This document shows, one piece after another, positions 17,501 through 24,612 of a DNA stretch of 31,721 nt. Position 1 is the first letter of the stretch, and each line of letters starts with the position of its first letter. The position numbers were made by a program, and so were the translations under genes. This stretch comes from a virus. Its lineage: Duplodnaviria; Caudoviricetes. The notes under the pieces were generated by a model, which searched no databases, was not told the DNA's origin, and was given only the letters and a program-made list of their open reading frames with translations. Location: IMG/VR virus record IMGVR_UViG_3300020416_000036, positions 1-31,721 of that record; one strand, given 5' to 3'.

Positions 17501-20260
17501 GGAGTGGTTGTTTTTGAAACAATTCCTTCTGACGCACCCCCTGATATATGGTATGAAAATGATGTTAATTTTGAGGTCAATGCTAATGGAGAACATCAAG
17601 GCAGTTACGGTTGGCAAAATGTTCAAACAAAAACTTCAGCGGTATCAGACACTGGATTTTTTAATTGTTATTCATTTGGTAATGGTGTAGAAAGTTATAC
17701 TATAAGAGACTCTGTAAAAGGAGAAGCTTTAGCTTTAGGAAATAGAGTGACAACAACATCAGGGCAAGATTATAAAGAGGCTCATAGGTTTGCTGATTTA
17801 ACATATAGTGGAGTATTTAACGATGAAAGTAATGTAAATAAACTTAATGAGTTTAATTTAGGATTAGCTAATTTTAAGCCACTTGAAGATTCTTTTGGTT
17901 CTATTCAAAAGCTTCATGCTAGAAAAACAGATATACTTACTTTGCAAGAGGATAAAATCTCTTACGTATTAGCTGGCAAAGATTTGCTTACTGATGCAGG
18001 GGGATCAGGCAACCTTACTTCCGTCCCAGAAGTATTAGGGCAGCAAATATCTCGAATAGAAGAGTTTGGTATTAGTCGAAACCCTGAAAGCTTTGCGGTT
18101 TTTGGAGCCGACAAGTTTTTTACAGATGAACAAAGAGGAGCTGTTATACAGTTAAAAGGTGGCGCTTATAATGAAGAGTCATTAACTGTTATTTCTGAAT
18201 TAGGCATGCGAGGTTGGTTTAGAGACTTATTCCATGATAATTTTGATGCTCAAAAGTTGGGTGGATTTGATCCGTATATGAATGAATATGTTTTATCCGC
18301 CAACAGTATAACTTTGCCATTTGTTGGAAATTGTGATTTATGTGGAAGTTCTAGAGATATAGCTATACCTGTAGGCGAAACTATATCTTATTGTGTGGAT
18401 GTAACACAAGAAGTAGGGACGGTAGAGATTGAATATGTAATTCCTAGCGGTGGTAATAACAATGTTATCACTGAAGCGAATACACCCAACCCTAGCGCTG
18501 GTTTGGTTAATGTTATCACCGAGACTAATTCAACTGCTTCAACCGGAAATGAGATAGTTGTAGATGACTCTACTTCAAACAACACTTATACTATAACAGC
18601 TTTATATAATGGAACGACTACTAGTGTAACTACATCTATAAATGGAATTTTAACTGTAGCTAAAAACTCTGTATATGCAGAAAATATAACTGTTGAAGTT
18701 TCGTCTAATAGTATAACTGAAGATACTATTGAGATTACAGTAAATTGTCCTACACCCGACGACATAACTATTATTCAAGTAGGTATTGGAAGTAATGCCA
18801 ATAAAGGTAAATTTATTCATAATGAATATAGATGGCAAGATGGTTTGTTTAATTCTCCTTTACACAGTGAATTAATGGAGTTCAAAAGTGGGAAAGAAAA
18901 TCCATTAGTAAGTCAATATTTAAGTTTAACTGGAAGCCAAGGAGCGGGGGTTATCCCAGATGATGACGCCAAGGTGACAATCATAAGTAATAAAATTAAT
19001 TTTGATGACTATGATTTTCAGCCTAACACAAACAACTTTAGATTTTTAAGATCAGCAACAGTTTATGGTAATATAACTTCCGATATAGTTTCTTTATTAG
19101 CAGCATCTACTAATGTAACACCGCTTCAAAATAATGCGCCAGAATTTTCTGCTACATTTACTATGCCAAGCGGGGCTACTAATGATAATTTATATTTAAT
19201 ATATGATTACAGGGATTCAACTGCGGTACAATTATGTTATTCAACAGTAGATTTAAATGATGTATGTTGTGTAGGGTGTAATGTAGAAGCAACGCCCTTT
19301 CCTACACCGGAGCCAACAGCTGCTCCCATAGGATGTATATCCTATACGTTAGCATCACCATCTACTTGTACGAGTTATGATGTTAGAGCAAACGCAGATT
19401 CAATTCGTATTGATTTTACTAATTGTGATGGCAATCCTGATTTTATAGCAAATCTTCCGGCTGGGGATTCGGTAGACGTATGTTCAACCACTGTGCCTAC
19501 AACTACCCCTGGAACAGGTACTGTTACAGCAGGTGTGAGTTGCGGAGGTACAGCCAATACATTTACTTGGCTAGCATGTAATGGAGTGCAATTAGAGGAG
19601 ACTGTAGGAGGGGGAGATTCAAGTGTCGTTTGTGCTTCAAACATACCTGTAAGGTCAGTGGGTACTAATGGAACAGTGACGGCAGGAACAGCTTGTGAAG
19701 AAAAATATTATGCAGCAATACAATGCGGTAGTAGTGGTACAAGAATTTTCTTGTCGGGAAGTGCTTCTCTTGGAGTATTAAGTGTAGGGGATGTTGTTTA
19801 CTATGATGAAATAAATTTAAGCGGCTCAAATATACCTATAAGAAAATGCGCTACAATAGAAAAAATTAATTGGGGTAATGGTAATAATGGAGAAATAGTA
19901 GGTCAAGCTTCTTCGTGTAAAGATGCAACAAATTGTCCAAGCGATTTAACAAATAATCCTGTATGGATGTTTAACACGAATCAAGATGGAGGCTTTGATA
20001 CTCCTGCTAATTTAACGTGTAACAATACAGTATTTTGCGCTGCACCTGTATTTACTTCTATTACTACTGCTGCGAATTTATTTGCTAATAATACTTTATT
20101 TTTCTCAGACAGAGATTTCAATTTACCTTTCAATGGGAATAATAAATATTATGGATTTGTAGCGCCTCCAGCTGGAAGCAAGTTCGCAATCCAAGATTTT
20201 ATGGAAGGATGGGTGCAAATAGGTAGTGACGGGCGAGTAATCTCATTCTTTACATGTTAA
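14534..20260 (+). CDS. Tail nozzle/muzzle ('stabilisation', P22 gp10/T7 gp12-like) protein with ~650-aa Cys-rich C-terminal extension
   Basis: N-terminus FIAGRMNKSLDERLVPNGEYIDALNVR, LLFFTDNINPPRFIN, FAYRYQYANGEFSATS, GNRLVYGNYVEGYD and FGISRNPESFA are typical of crAss-like stabilisation proteins. After GGFDPYMNEYVL (about residues 1243-1254) the sequence becomes Cys/Thr/Gly-rich modules. Confidence 0.78.
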   Translation: MANLQRNFIAGRMNKSLDERLVPNGEYIDALNVRLGSTEDSEIGSVENSKGNTKMTSLQYEQTNSVTGAVLLSNQARCIGAFEDGQNNRIYWFVHDPAFSVGNTGKIDMIVSFNPTTKNLTYHIISIDDGFGGNTTLNFNPKHLVTGINLVEDLLFFTDNINPPRFINVTQNYPNPLFDIDQTTAEEFMVIKKPPVTAPVLTLKQQINNLDDFLETRFICFAYRYQYANGEFSATSQWSEPAFDPNNYNYSYATNLNEGMVNTVTGVNVQFNSGSALVKNIEILYKEITDGTVKIVDKLSKDLQGFADNTNYSFTFDNSKIFTVLPSTELLRLYDNVPVKALGQTLMGNRLVYGNYVEGYDLKDIFNNPVKLEFLTNLIENQIQNFSLTTSLEAGSYTFGSVQTIPNSIAKVDFSSVDTFTQLKAGTSFVIYFTFEHSKYDPTASQPTTTTENVEVQFSYTLPQDYTSIYDLVAAADFQESIGTASNIKPVYDTVNPTSCSGFTLTDFVNCFIPTTQTTSSGTVTKFSSGITAAGEPIKIVDNTPATTSIKLQLPAMRYVTDPAIPTGGWYEYYKYISLTAQFTTVSNPKSLHSNRGYEVGVVYMDEFLRSSTALVSPNNTIQIPCTNSVTQNQIQVTIPWAQRAPFWAKYYKFVLKPDQSTYETIYSEIFFKDPQSNSYFFLLEGENAAKVEAGQRLIVKRDSGGAVEQCVEAVVTDKQVQSSNFLKIRNPFDTTTYTQEPPEDPFAVGYYINLPAGPYMEMVPSGFNITETTSVGGSAVANTPVTSTFPRLQKSKGFPVGRALVNVPNLDPNASPTAKFIDYTIPVNSQINITIEQRREGLRGGFLGGCEYRYNTYESPDLFASTDYANFQAWFEGDNIGDLITQNSIVDNGDGSQTTNTYISGTPIDGTATGLNVSVPPETINSTDKNPFIPVALGTNSYQFFNANDGSKWLLATGTQSCKSGPFNAGGRSSSVFMKITVQRADQGGVVVFETIPSDAPPDIWYENDVNFEVNANGEHQGSYGWQNVQTKTSAVSDTGFFNCYSFGNGVESYTIRDSVKGEALALGNRVTTTSGQDYKEAHRFADLTYSGVFNDESNVNKLNEFNLGLANFKPLEDSFGSIQKLHARKTDILTLQEDKISYVLAGKDLLTDAGGSGNLTSVPEVLGQQISRIEEFGISRNPESFAVFGADKFFTDEQRGAVIQLKGGAYNEESLTVISELGMRGWFRDLFHDNFDAQKLGGFDPYMNEYVLSANSITLPFVGNCDLCGSSRDIAIPVGETISYCVDVTQEVGTVEIEYVIPSGGNNNVITEANTPNPSAGLVNVITETNSTASTGNEIVVDDSTSNNTYTITALYNGTTTSVTTSINGILTVAKNSVYAENITVEVSSNSITEDTIEITVNCPTPDDITIIQVGIGSNANKGKFIHNEYRWQDGLFNSPLHSELMEFKSGKENPLVSQYLSLTGSQGAGVIPDDDAKVTIISNKINFDDYDFQPNTNNFRFLRSATVYGNITSDIVSLLAASTNVTPLQNNAPEFSATFTMPSGATNDNLYLIYDYRDSTAVQLCYSTVDLNDVCCVGCNVEATPFPTPEPTAAPIGCISYTLASPSTCTSYDVRANADSIRIDFTNCDGNPDFIANLPAGDSVDVCSTTVPTTTPGTGTVTAGVSCGGTANTFTWLACNGVQLEETVGGGDSSVVCASNIPVRSVGTNGTVTAGTACEEKYYAAIQCGSSGTRIFLSGSASLGVLSVGDVVYYDEINLSGSNIPIRKCATIEKINWGNGNNGEIVGQASSCKDATNCPSDLTNNPVWMFNTNQDGGFDTPANLTCNNTVFCAAPVFTSITTAANLFANNTLFFSDRDFNLPFNGNNKYYGFVAPPAGSKFAIQDFMEGWVQIGSDGRVISFFTC
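19334..19696 (+). repeat. Two copies of a 4-Cys module, one nested inside the other
   Basis: Outer copy CISY...FTWLACNG...GDSSVVC...P...GTVTAGTAC. Inner copy (19367-19543) CTSY...FTNCDG...GDSVDVC...P...GTVTAGVSC. Confidence 0.65.
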
Positions 20261-20280
20261 AAATTAATTAATTTTACACA

Positions 20281-22506
20281 ATGGCAACAGCTGGAATATA
20301 CCATATAGACACATTTAATTTTGCGGATGCTACTGCAGTATATACAGATGCGGCCTTAACGACGTTTGCTCCCGATGGTTATTATCAAATGGGTGGAGTA
20401 ACTGCGCGCCAACAAGTAGGTGGTATATTACTACCCGCAGAACCTTGTCCTTCTTGCTCTAAACCATCACCGGATCCTACTCCAAATCCCAACAATGCTT
20501 TTAAAGTAACAGATAAGGTAACCTCAATAATTGATCACGTTGTTCTAGATAACAATTTTACCGTGGGTGAAGAGGTGACTACGGATATTTCTTCTAATTG
20601 TTGGCTTATAAATGAAAAAGCAGTAAATAGCACGACTAATGTTATTACAGGCAAATGTGCTGTTATACCACCGCCGCCTGCTGAGTATTATGAATTAGAT
20701 TTGTGTCCTATTTCTGCTAATACGGGCGTCCCTACTAAAATTTACAGTTCATTAACGCCTACTGCAGGACAGAGATTATATATAGTTAATACTTTTAATA
20801 ACGCTTATTATATATACAATAATGCTCAGCCTGTAACTACTCCCGTAAATAATATACCATTAATTGAAGCAGGCATTTCTTTAACTGCTGCTAGTGCTTG
20901 TCCTACAGTTCCAACCATTTATACATATTGGAACGCTCAAGAGTGTAATAACCCTAACATTACTCAAATAATTCAAGCTCCCGATGGAACTAGTTTTGTA
21001 GTGGGTCAGTCAGTTAAAATATCTAATACGTGTTATGAAATAACAAGTCAAAGGGTAGGATCAGCTACTACCTTTGATATACAATATTTAGCAGGAGAAG
21101 CCGTTTACACAGGTTGTACTACTGGAGCTTCGCCTTGTATTGTGGCTGTACCACCAAACACTTCTTTCTTAGCTCGAGAGAATACTACAAATGCAGAATA
21201 TCATGTTCTAATGAATTCGAGTTTTAAAGTGAATGATAATGTAGAAATACAAACAAGCGGGGGTGTACAAATTGCAGGGTGTTATAAGTTAGTTAGCCAG
21301 TCTACTACTCCTACTACTAATACAATAATAAATTTCTGCCCTGATGTATCTGCTTGTGCAACGTATAGAGTTATTGGCAGTGGTACATTTAATAGGTGTT
21401 CAGACGGTCAAAGTATTTATAGAGATTATAGCTCAGACCCTTATGGAGAAGTGTGTGCACGATTAGAAACTGCGAATTTTTCAGGTGGTGCAACACAAAT
21501 TGGAACTTGTGTTCACGACATTCCTTTTGAGCCTACAGGTTATGATTATTACACTGCAGAACCTTGTGATGGAGGCGCAGAAATAATTGTGCGAACCGAT
21601 GGAGCAGTTCCCGCTACTGGGAGTGCGGTTAAACTAGACGGTGGAAGTACGTGTTATAAAATTACAGGAACTTCAGGACTCAAGACAGCAACCAATAATA
21701 TAACTAATAGGTCAGATAATTGTAATGTTTGTAATCCTCCTGCTACTTGTTTTGTTCATCAAGTAGAATATAATTCTAGCACTAATGTTTGTCCCACTGG
21801 TGGATTTGGAGTTACTTTTGCTGACAACAATGATTTTTCTGCAGCCACTAAATTATTTTCATCGGATGGATGTGTAAGCTCGCAACCTGCGCTTGGTGGA
21901 ACTTATGCTGTTACTACATCGGGCACTAAAATATCTAGATATTGGAATGGTGTTACACTTGGAGCGGCTACTGTATGCAGCAGCACACCGCAAAATGTAA
22001 CAGCTACTATAACATCATTTGATAATAATATTCAAGGAAGCACTGAAGGTGTGGGTTACACAATAACAGGGTCAGGAACAAATTCCTCAACTACTGGTGC
22101 ATCACCTTTGGCTATACCATCTGGAGGAAATTCACCTTTTAACACTGCTATATCAGTAAATCCAGGCTTTAGTATAACAGGCGCCGACGTTATTTACAAT
22201 CCTACGAGCATAACCCAAAGTTCAAGTGTTACAGTAAGACTAGAAGGGACAATAACGGAAGATGCGCCTACCAATGTTTATTTTGTGTTATCATGTGGTA
22301 ATTTACTATACTATAGAGTTGAGTCCTCTTCTGCTTTATCAAACGGAACAGTAATTTACTTTAGATCTACCGCTGGTCAAGTGTTGTGTGGAACAGTACA
22401 AGGCACAGATTTAGGGGCTAAGAACGCTGACTTGATTCAAATAATTACTTCTCAAGGTTGTAACAACAGTTTGTGTACGCAAGGAAGTTTCAATCCTCTG
22501 TTCTAA
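20281..22506 (+). CDS. Cys-rich multi-module virion appendage/adhesin-like protein with Pro-rich linkers
   Basis: 741 aa, 28 Cys by my count, roughly ten short beta-modules separated by PSPDPTPNP, PPPPA, VPPNT and NPPAT. Very Thr/Ser/Gly-rich and located in the tail cluster. Confidence 0.65.
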   Translation: MATAGIYHIDTFNFADATAVYTDAALTTFAPDGYYQMGGVTARQQVGGILLPAEPCPSCSKPSPDPTPNPNNAFKVTDKVTSIIDHVVLDNNFTVGEEVTTDISSNCWLINEKAVNSTTNVITGKCAVIPPPPAEYYELDLCPISANTGVPTKIYSSLTPTAGQRLYIVNTFNNAYYIYNNAQPVTTPVNNIPLIEAGISLTAASACPTVPTIYTYWNAQECNNPNITQIIQAPDGTSFVVGQSVKISNTCYEITSQRVGSATTFDIQYLAGEAVYTGCTTGASPCIVAVPPNTSFLARENTTNAEYHVLMNSSFKVNDNVEIQTSGGVQIAGCYKLVSQSTTPTTNTIINFCPDVSACATYRVIGSGTFNRCSDGQSIYRDYSSDPYGEVCARLETANFSGGATQIGTCVHDIPFEPTGYDYYTAEPCDGGAEIIVRTDGAVPATGSAVKLDGGSTCYKITGTSGLKTATNNITNRSDNCNVCNPPATCFVHQVEYNSSTNVCPTGGFGVTFADNNDFSAATKLFSSDGCVSSQPALGGTYAVTTSGTKISRYWNGVTLGAATVCSSTPQNVTATITSFDNNIQGSTEGVGYTITGSGTNSSTTGASPLAIPSGGNSPFNTAISVNPGFSITGADVIYNPTSITQSSSVTVRLEGTITEDAPTNVYFVLSCGNLLYYRVESSSALSNGTVIYFRSTAGQVLCGTVQGTDLGAKNADLIQIITSQGCNNSLCTQGSFNPLF

Positions 22507-22518
22507 AATTTAATTTAG

Positions 22519-22526
22519 TATCTTAG
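22519..22526 (+). promoter_or_regulatory. Variant -7 promoter box (TATCTTAG) upstream of the glycosyltransferase
   Basis: TAGTATCTTAGT has one mismatch to TAGTATCTTTGT at 24595-24606. It is followed by the pentamer leader AAAAT TAAAT TTAAT G (22532-22547). Confidence 0.45.
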
Positions 22527-22544
22527 TATATAAAATTAAATTTA

Positions 22545-23768
22545 ATGAAATCTATATTTGTGCAGATAGCTAGCTATCGCGACCCCGAACTTATTCCCAC
22601 TATAAAGGATCTAATTGAAACGGCTCATAAACCTGAGAATTTAAAAATATGCATTGCTCATCAATATGCAGAGGAAGATGAGTGGGACCGCTTAGATCAG
22701 TTTGCTGATGACGGACGATTTACCGTCATACAAATTCCTTATCAAGACTCTCAAGGAACTTGTTGGGCGAGAAGTGAAATCCAAAGACATTATAATGGTG
22801 AAGATTATACTCTTCATTTAGATTCTCATCATCGTTTTGAAACTGGGTGGGACACGGAATGTATAAACACGTTAACAAAACTACAAAAGCAGGGTTTTAA
22901 AAAACCATTACTGACCTCTTATTGTCCAGCTTATGAATTAAATACCACTAAGCCTAGAGACACCACAGCTTATGGTATGCAAATTAATGTTTGGAATGAT
23001 GGTGTAGCTTTATTTCATCCTTATGCAATGGGAAAAACTACGGCTCCAGTTCCTTCAAGATTTTACTCAGGGCATTTTGCATTTACATTAGGACAGTTTT
23101 GTAAGGAGGTTCCTCATGATCCTCTTATGTATTTTTATGGAGAAGAAATATCTATTTCAGTAAGAGCTTTTACTCATGGCTATGATTTATTTGCACCCCA
23201 CAAACCTGTGGTTTGGCATGAATATACTAGAGAGGGAAGGTCAAAGCATTGGGATGATCATAGTAGATGGTTTGATAGAGACTCCGCTTCAAAAGCCCGG
23301 GCCCGTCAACTATTAGGTGTCAATGGAGAAGTTTGTTCACCTTGCAATAAAAACACTTTTAAAGAATATGGCCTTGGTGAGGTAAGAACATTAGAAGAGT
23401 ATGAGCTGTATGCTGGGGTAAAGTTTGCAGATCAAACTATAACCCACAGGTGTAAACAAAACCTGCCTCCCCCTGGAATGGAAGGAGACTCTATCTACCA
23501 TGAGTCAAAAGAATATCATATAAAATTAAACAAGCATGACTTCTTATATGAAGATACTGCATTTGCAGCGCTTGTAATGGAAGATAATAACGGGATGGTA
23601 GTTTACCACGACACAATAACAAAAGACGAAATAAACGCCCTTAAATCATCTAATGTGGCCTATATGAATATATCTAGAAGCATAGTTGGGGCTAAACCTC
23701 TTAGATATTTGATGTGGCCTTACAGTCAATCGCATGGATGGGGCGATAAAGTGGTTAGTTATTTTTAG
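22545..23768 (+). CDS. Glycosyltransferase, GT-A fold, GT60/Gnt1-like polypeptide alpha-GlcNAc transferase (Pfam 'GlcNAc' type)
   Basis: N-terminal IFVQIASYRDPEL, GTCWAR, metal-binding LHLDSHHRF (DSH), LLTSYCP, SGHFAF, EVPHDP..YFYGEE, RAFTHGYDLFAP..VVWHEY and LGEVRTLEEYELYAG, in the motif order of the Skp1-hydroxyproline GlcNAc-transferase family. Confidence 0.85.
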   Translation: MKSIFVQIASYRDPELIPTIKDLIETAHKPENLKICIAHQYAEEDEWDRLDQFADDGRFTVIQIPYQDSQGTCWARSEIQRHYNGEDYTLHLDSHHRFETGWDTECINTLTKLQKQGFKKPLLTSYCPAYELNTTKPRDTTAYGMQINVWNDGVALFHPYAMGKTTAPVPSRFYSGHFAFTLGQFCKEVPHDPLMYFYGEEISISVRAFTHGYDLFAPHKPVVWHEYTREGRSKHWDDHSRWFDRDSASKARARQLLGVNGEVCSPCNKNTFKEYGLGEVRTLEEYELYAGVKFADQTITHRCKQNLPPPGMEGDSIYHESKEYHIKLNKHDFLYEDTAFAALVMEDNNGMVVYHDTITKDEINALKSSNVAYMNISRSIVGAKPLRYLMWPYSQSHGWGDKVVSYF

Positions 23769-23776
23769 TAAATTTG
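23769..23776 (+). promoter_or_regulatory. Bacteroidota -7 promoter box (TAAATTTG)
   Basis: Exact TAnnTTTG immediately after the glycosyltransferase stop and 19 nt before the ATG at 23796. Confidence 0.55.
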
Positions 23777-23795
23777 TATATCTAAATTTTTTATT

Positions 23796-24590
23796 ATGCC
23801 TGACTATACTTTAACTTATAGTGAAACATCTAATGGATGGCCTTCTTTTTATTCTTATTATCCTGAGTATATGGTGGGTATGAATAATTATTTATATTCA
23901 TTTTCAGGCGGGAATATTTACCAACACAACACCAATACAGTTAGAAATAATTATTATGGCATTCAGGGTATATCAGAGATAACGAGCGTTTTTAATGATG
24001 AACCTTTAAGTAATAAAGTATTTAAAACTTTAAATTTAGAATCAGACTCTGCATGGTCTGCTTCATTAGAAACAGACCTTCCTAACACAGGGCTTATTGA
24101 CTTTAGTTGGTTTGTCCAAAAAGAAGGAGATTGGTTTGCGTATATTAGAACTGCAGGCGGTGACCCTGCCGCTTTAACTGAATATGCTTTGAGATCTATG
24201 AACGGTATTGCACAAAGTCTTTCGGTAACTGGAACTGTTAACAATCCTATTATTAATTTTGCAACTTCCATAAACATAGGAAATATTATAAGTATTGGAG
24301 ATAATCTATATTCAGCCAACCCACCTTATACAGGCCCTACACTTATTGGCACGGTTACCGCTATTGAAATAGATTTAGTTAATGGCATCAATAGAATTAC
24401 CACTGACGCCACAGTAGTTGGAGGCGCTGCTCCTACCCTTCAAGACTCTTTTATCCTTTACATAAAAAATCAAGAAGCAGAATCTCATGGAGTCCTGGGT
24501 CACTATATGAAATTCGTCTTACAGAATACAGCAACAATACCAACTGAGCTGTTTGCTGTAGAGTCTCAGGTGATGAAAAGCAATCCTTAA
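23796..24590 (+). CDS. Tail protein resembling the detached C-terminal part of the nozzle/stabilisation protein
   Basis: TLTYSETSNGWPSFYSYYPE...NNYLYSF..GNIYQHN...RNNYYG...FNDEP..NKVFKTLNLES...FVQKEGDWFAYI...GVLGHYMKFVL...ELFAV is the motif series I recall at the C-terminus of crAss-like stabilisation proteins. Confidence 0.65.
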   Translation: MPDYTLTYSETSNGWPSFYSYYPEYMVGMNNYLYSFSGGNIYQHNTNTVRNNYYGIQGISEITSVFNDEPLSNKVFKTLNLESDSAWSASLETDLPNTGLIDFSWFVQKEGDWFAYIRTAGGDPAALTEYALRSMNGIAQSLSVTGTVNNPIINFATSINIGNIISIGDNLYSANPPYTGPTLIGTVTAIEIDLVNGINRITTDATVVGGAAPTLQDSFILYIKNQEAESHGVLGHYMKFVLQNTATIPTELFAVESQVMKSNP

Positions 24591-24597
24591 AAATTAG

Positions 24598-24605
24598 TAT
24601 CTTTG
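24598..24605 (+). promoter_or_regulatory. Bacteroidota -7 promoter box (TATCTTTG)
   Basis: Exact TAnnTTTG 7 nt before the ATG at 24613, which would give a nearly leaderless mRNA. Confidence 0.55.
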
Positions 24606-24612
24606 TTAACAA

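Noticed and set aside
22545-23768. Glycosyltransferase as a DNA-modifying (T4-type glucosyltransferase) enzyme
   Set aside because: The motifs match the GT-A GT60 protein-acceptor family, not GT-B DNA glucosyltransferases, and the gene sits among tail genes rather than replication genes. Not formally excluded.
18300-23795. Intron, intein or mobile element as the cause of the split nozzle gene
   Set aside because: No homing endonuclease, reverse transcriptase, transposase, intein motifs or terminal repeats. The inserted DNA is fully coding with structural-type modules.
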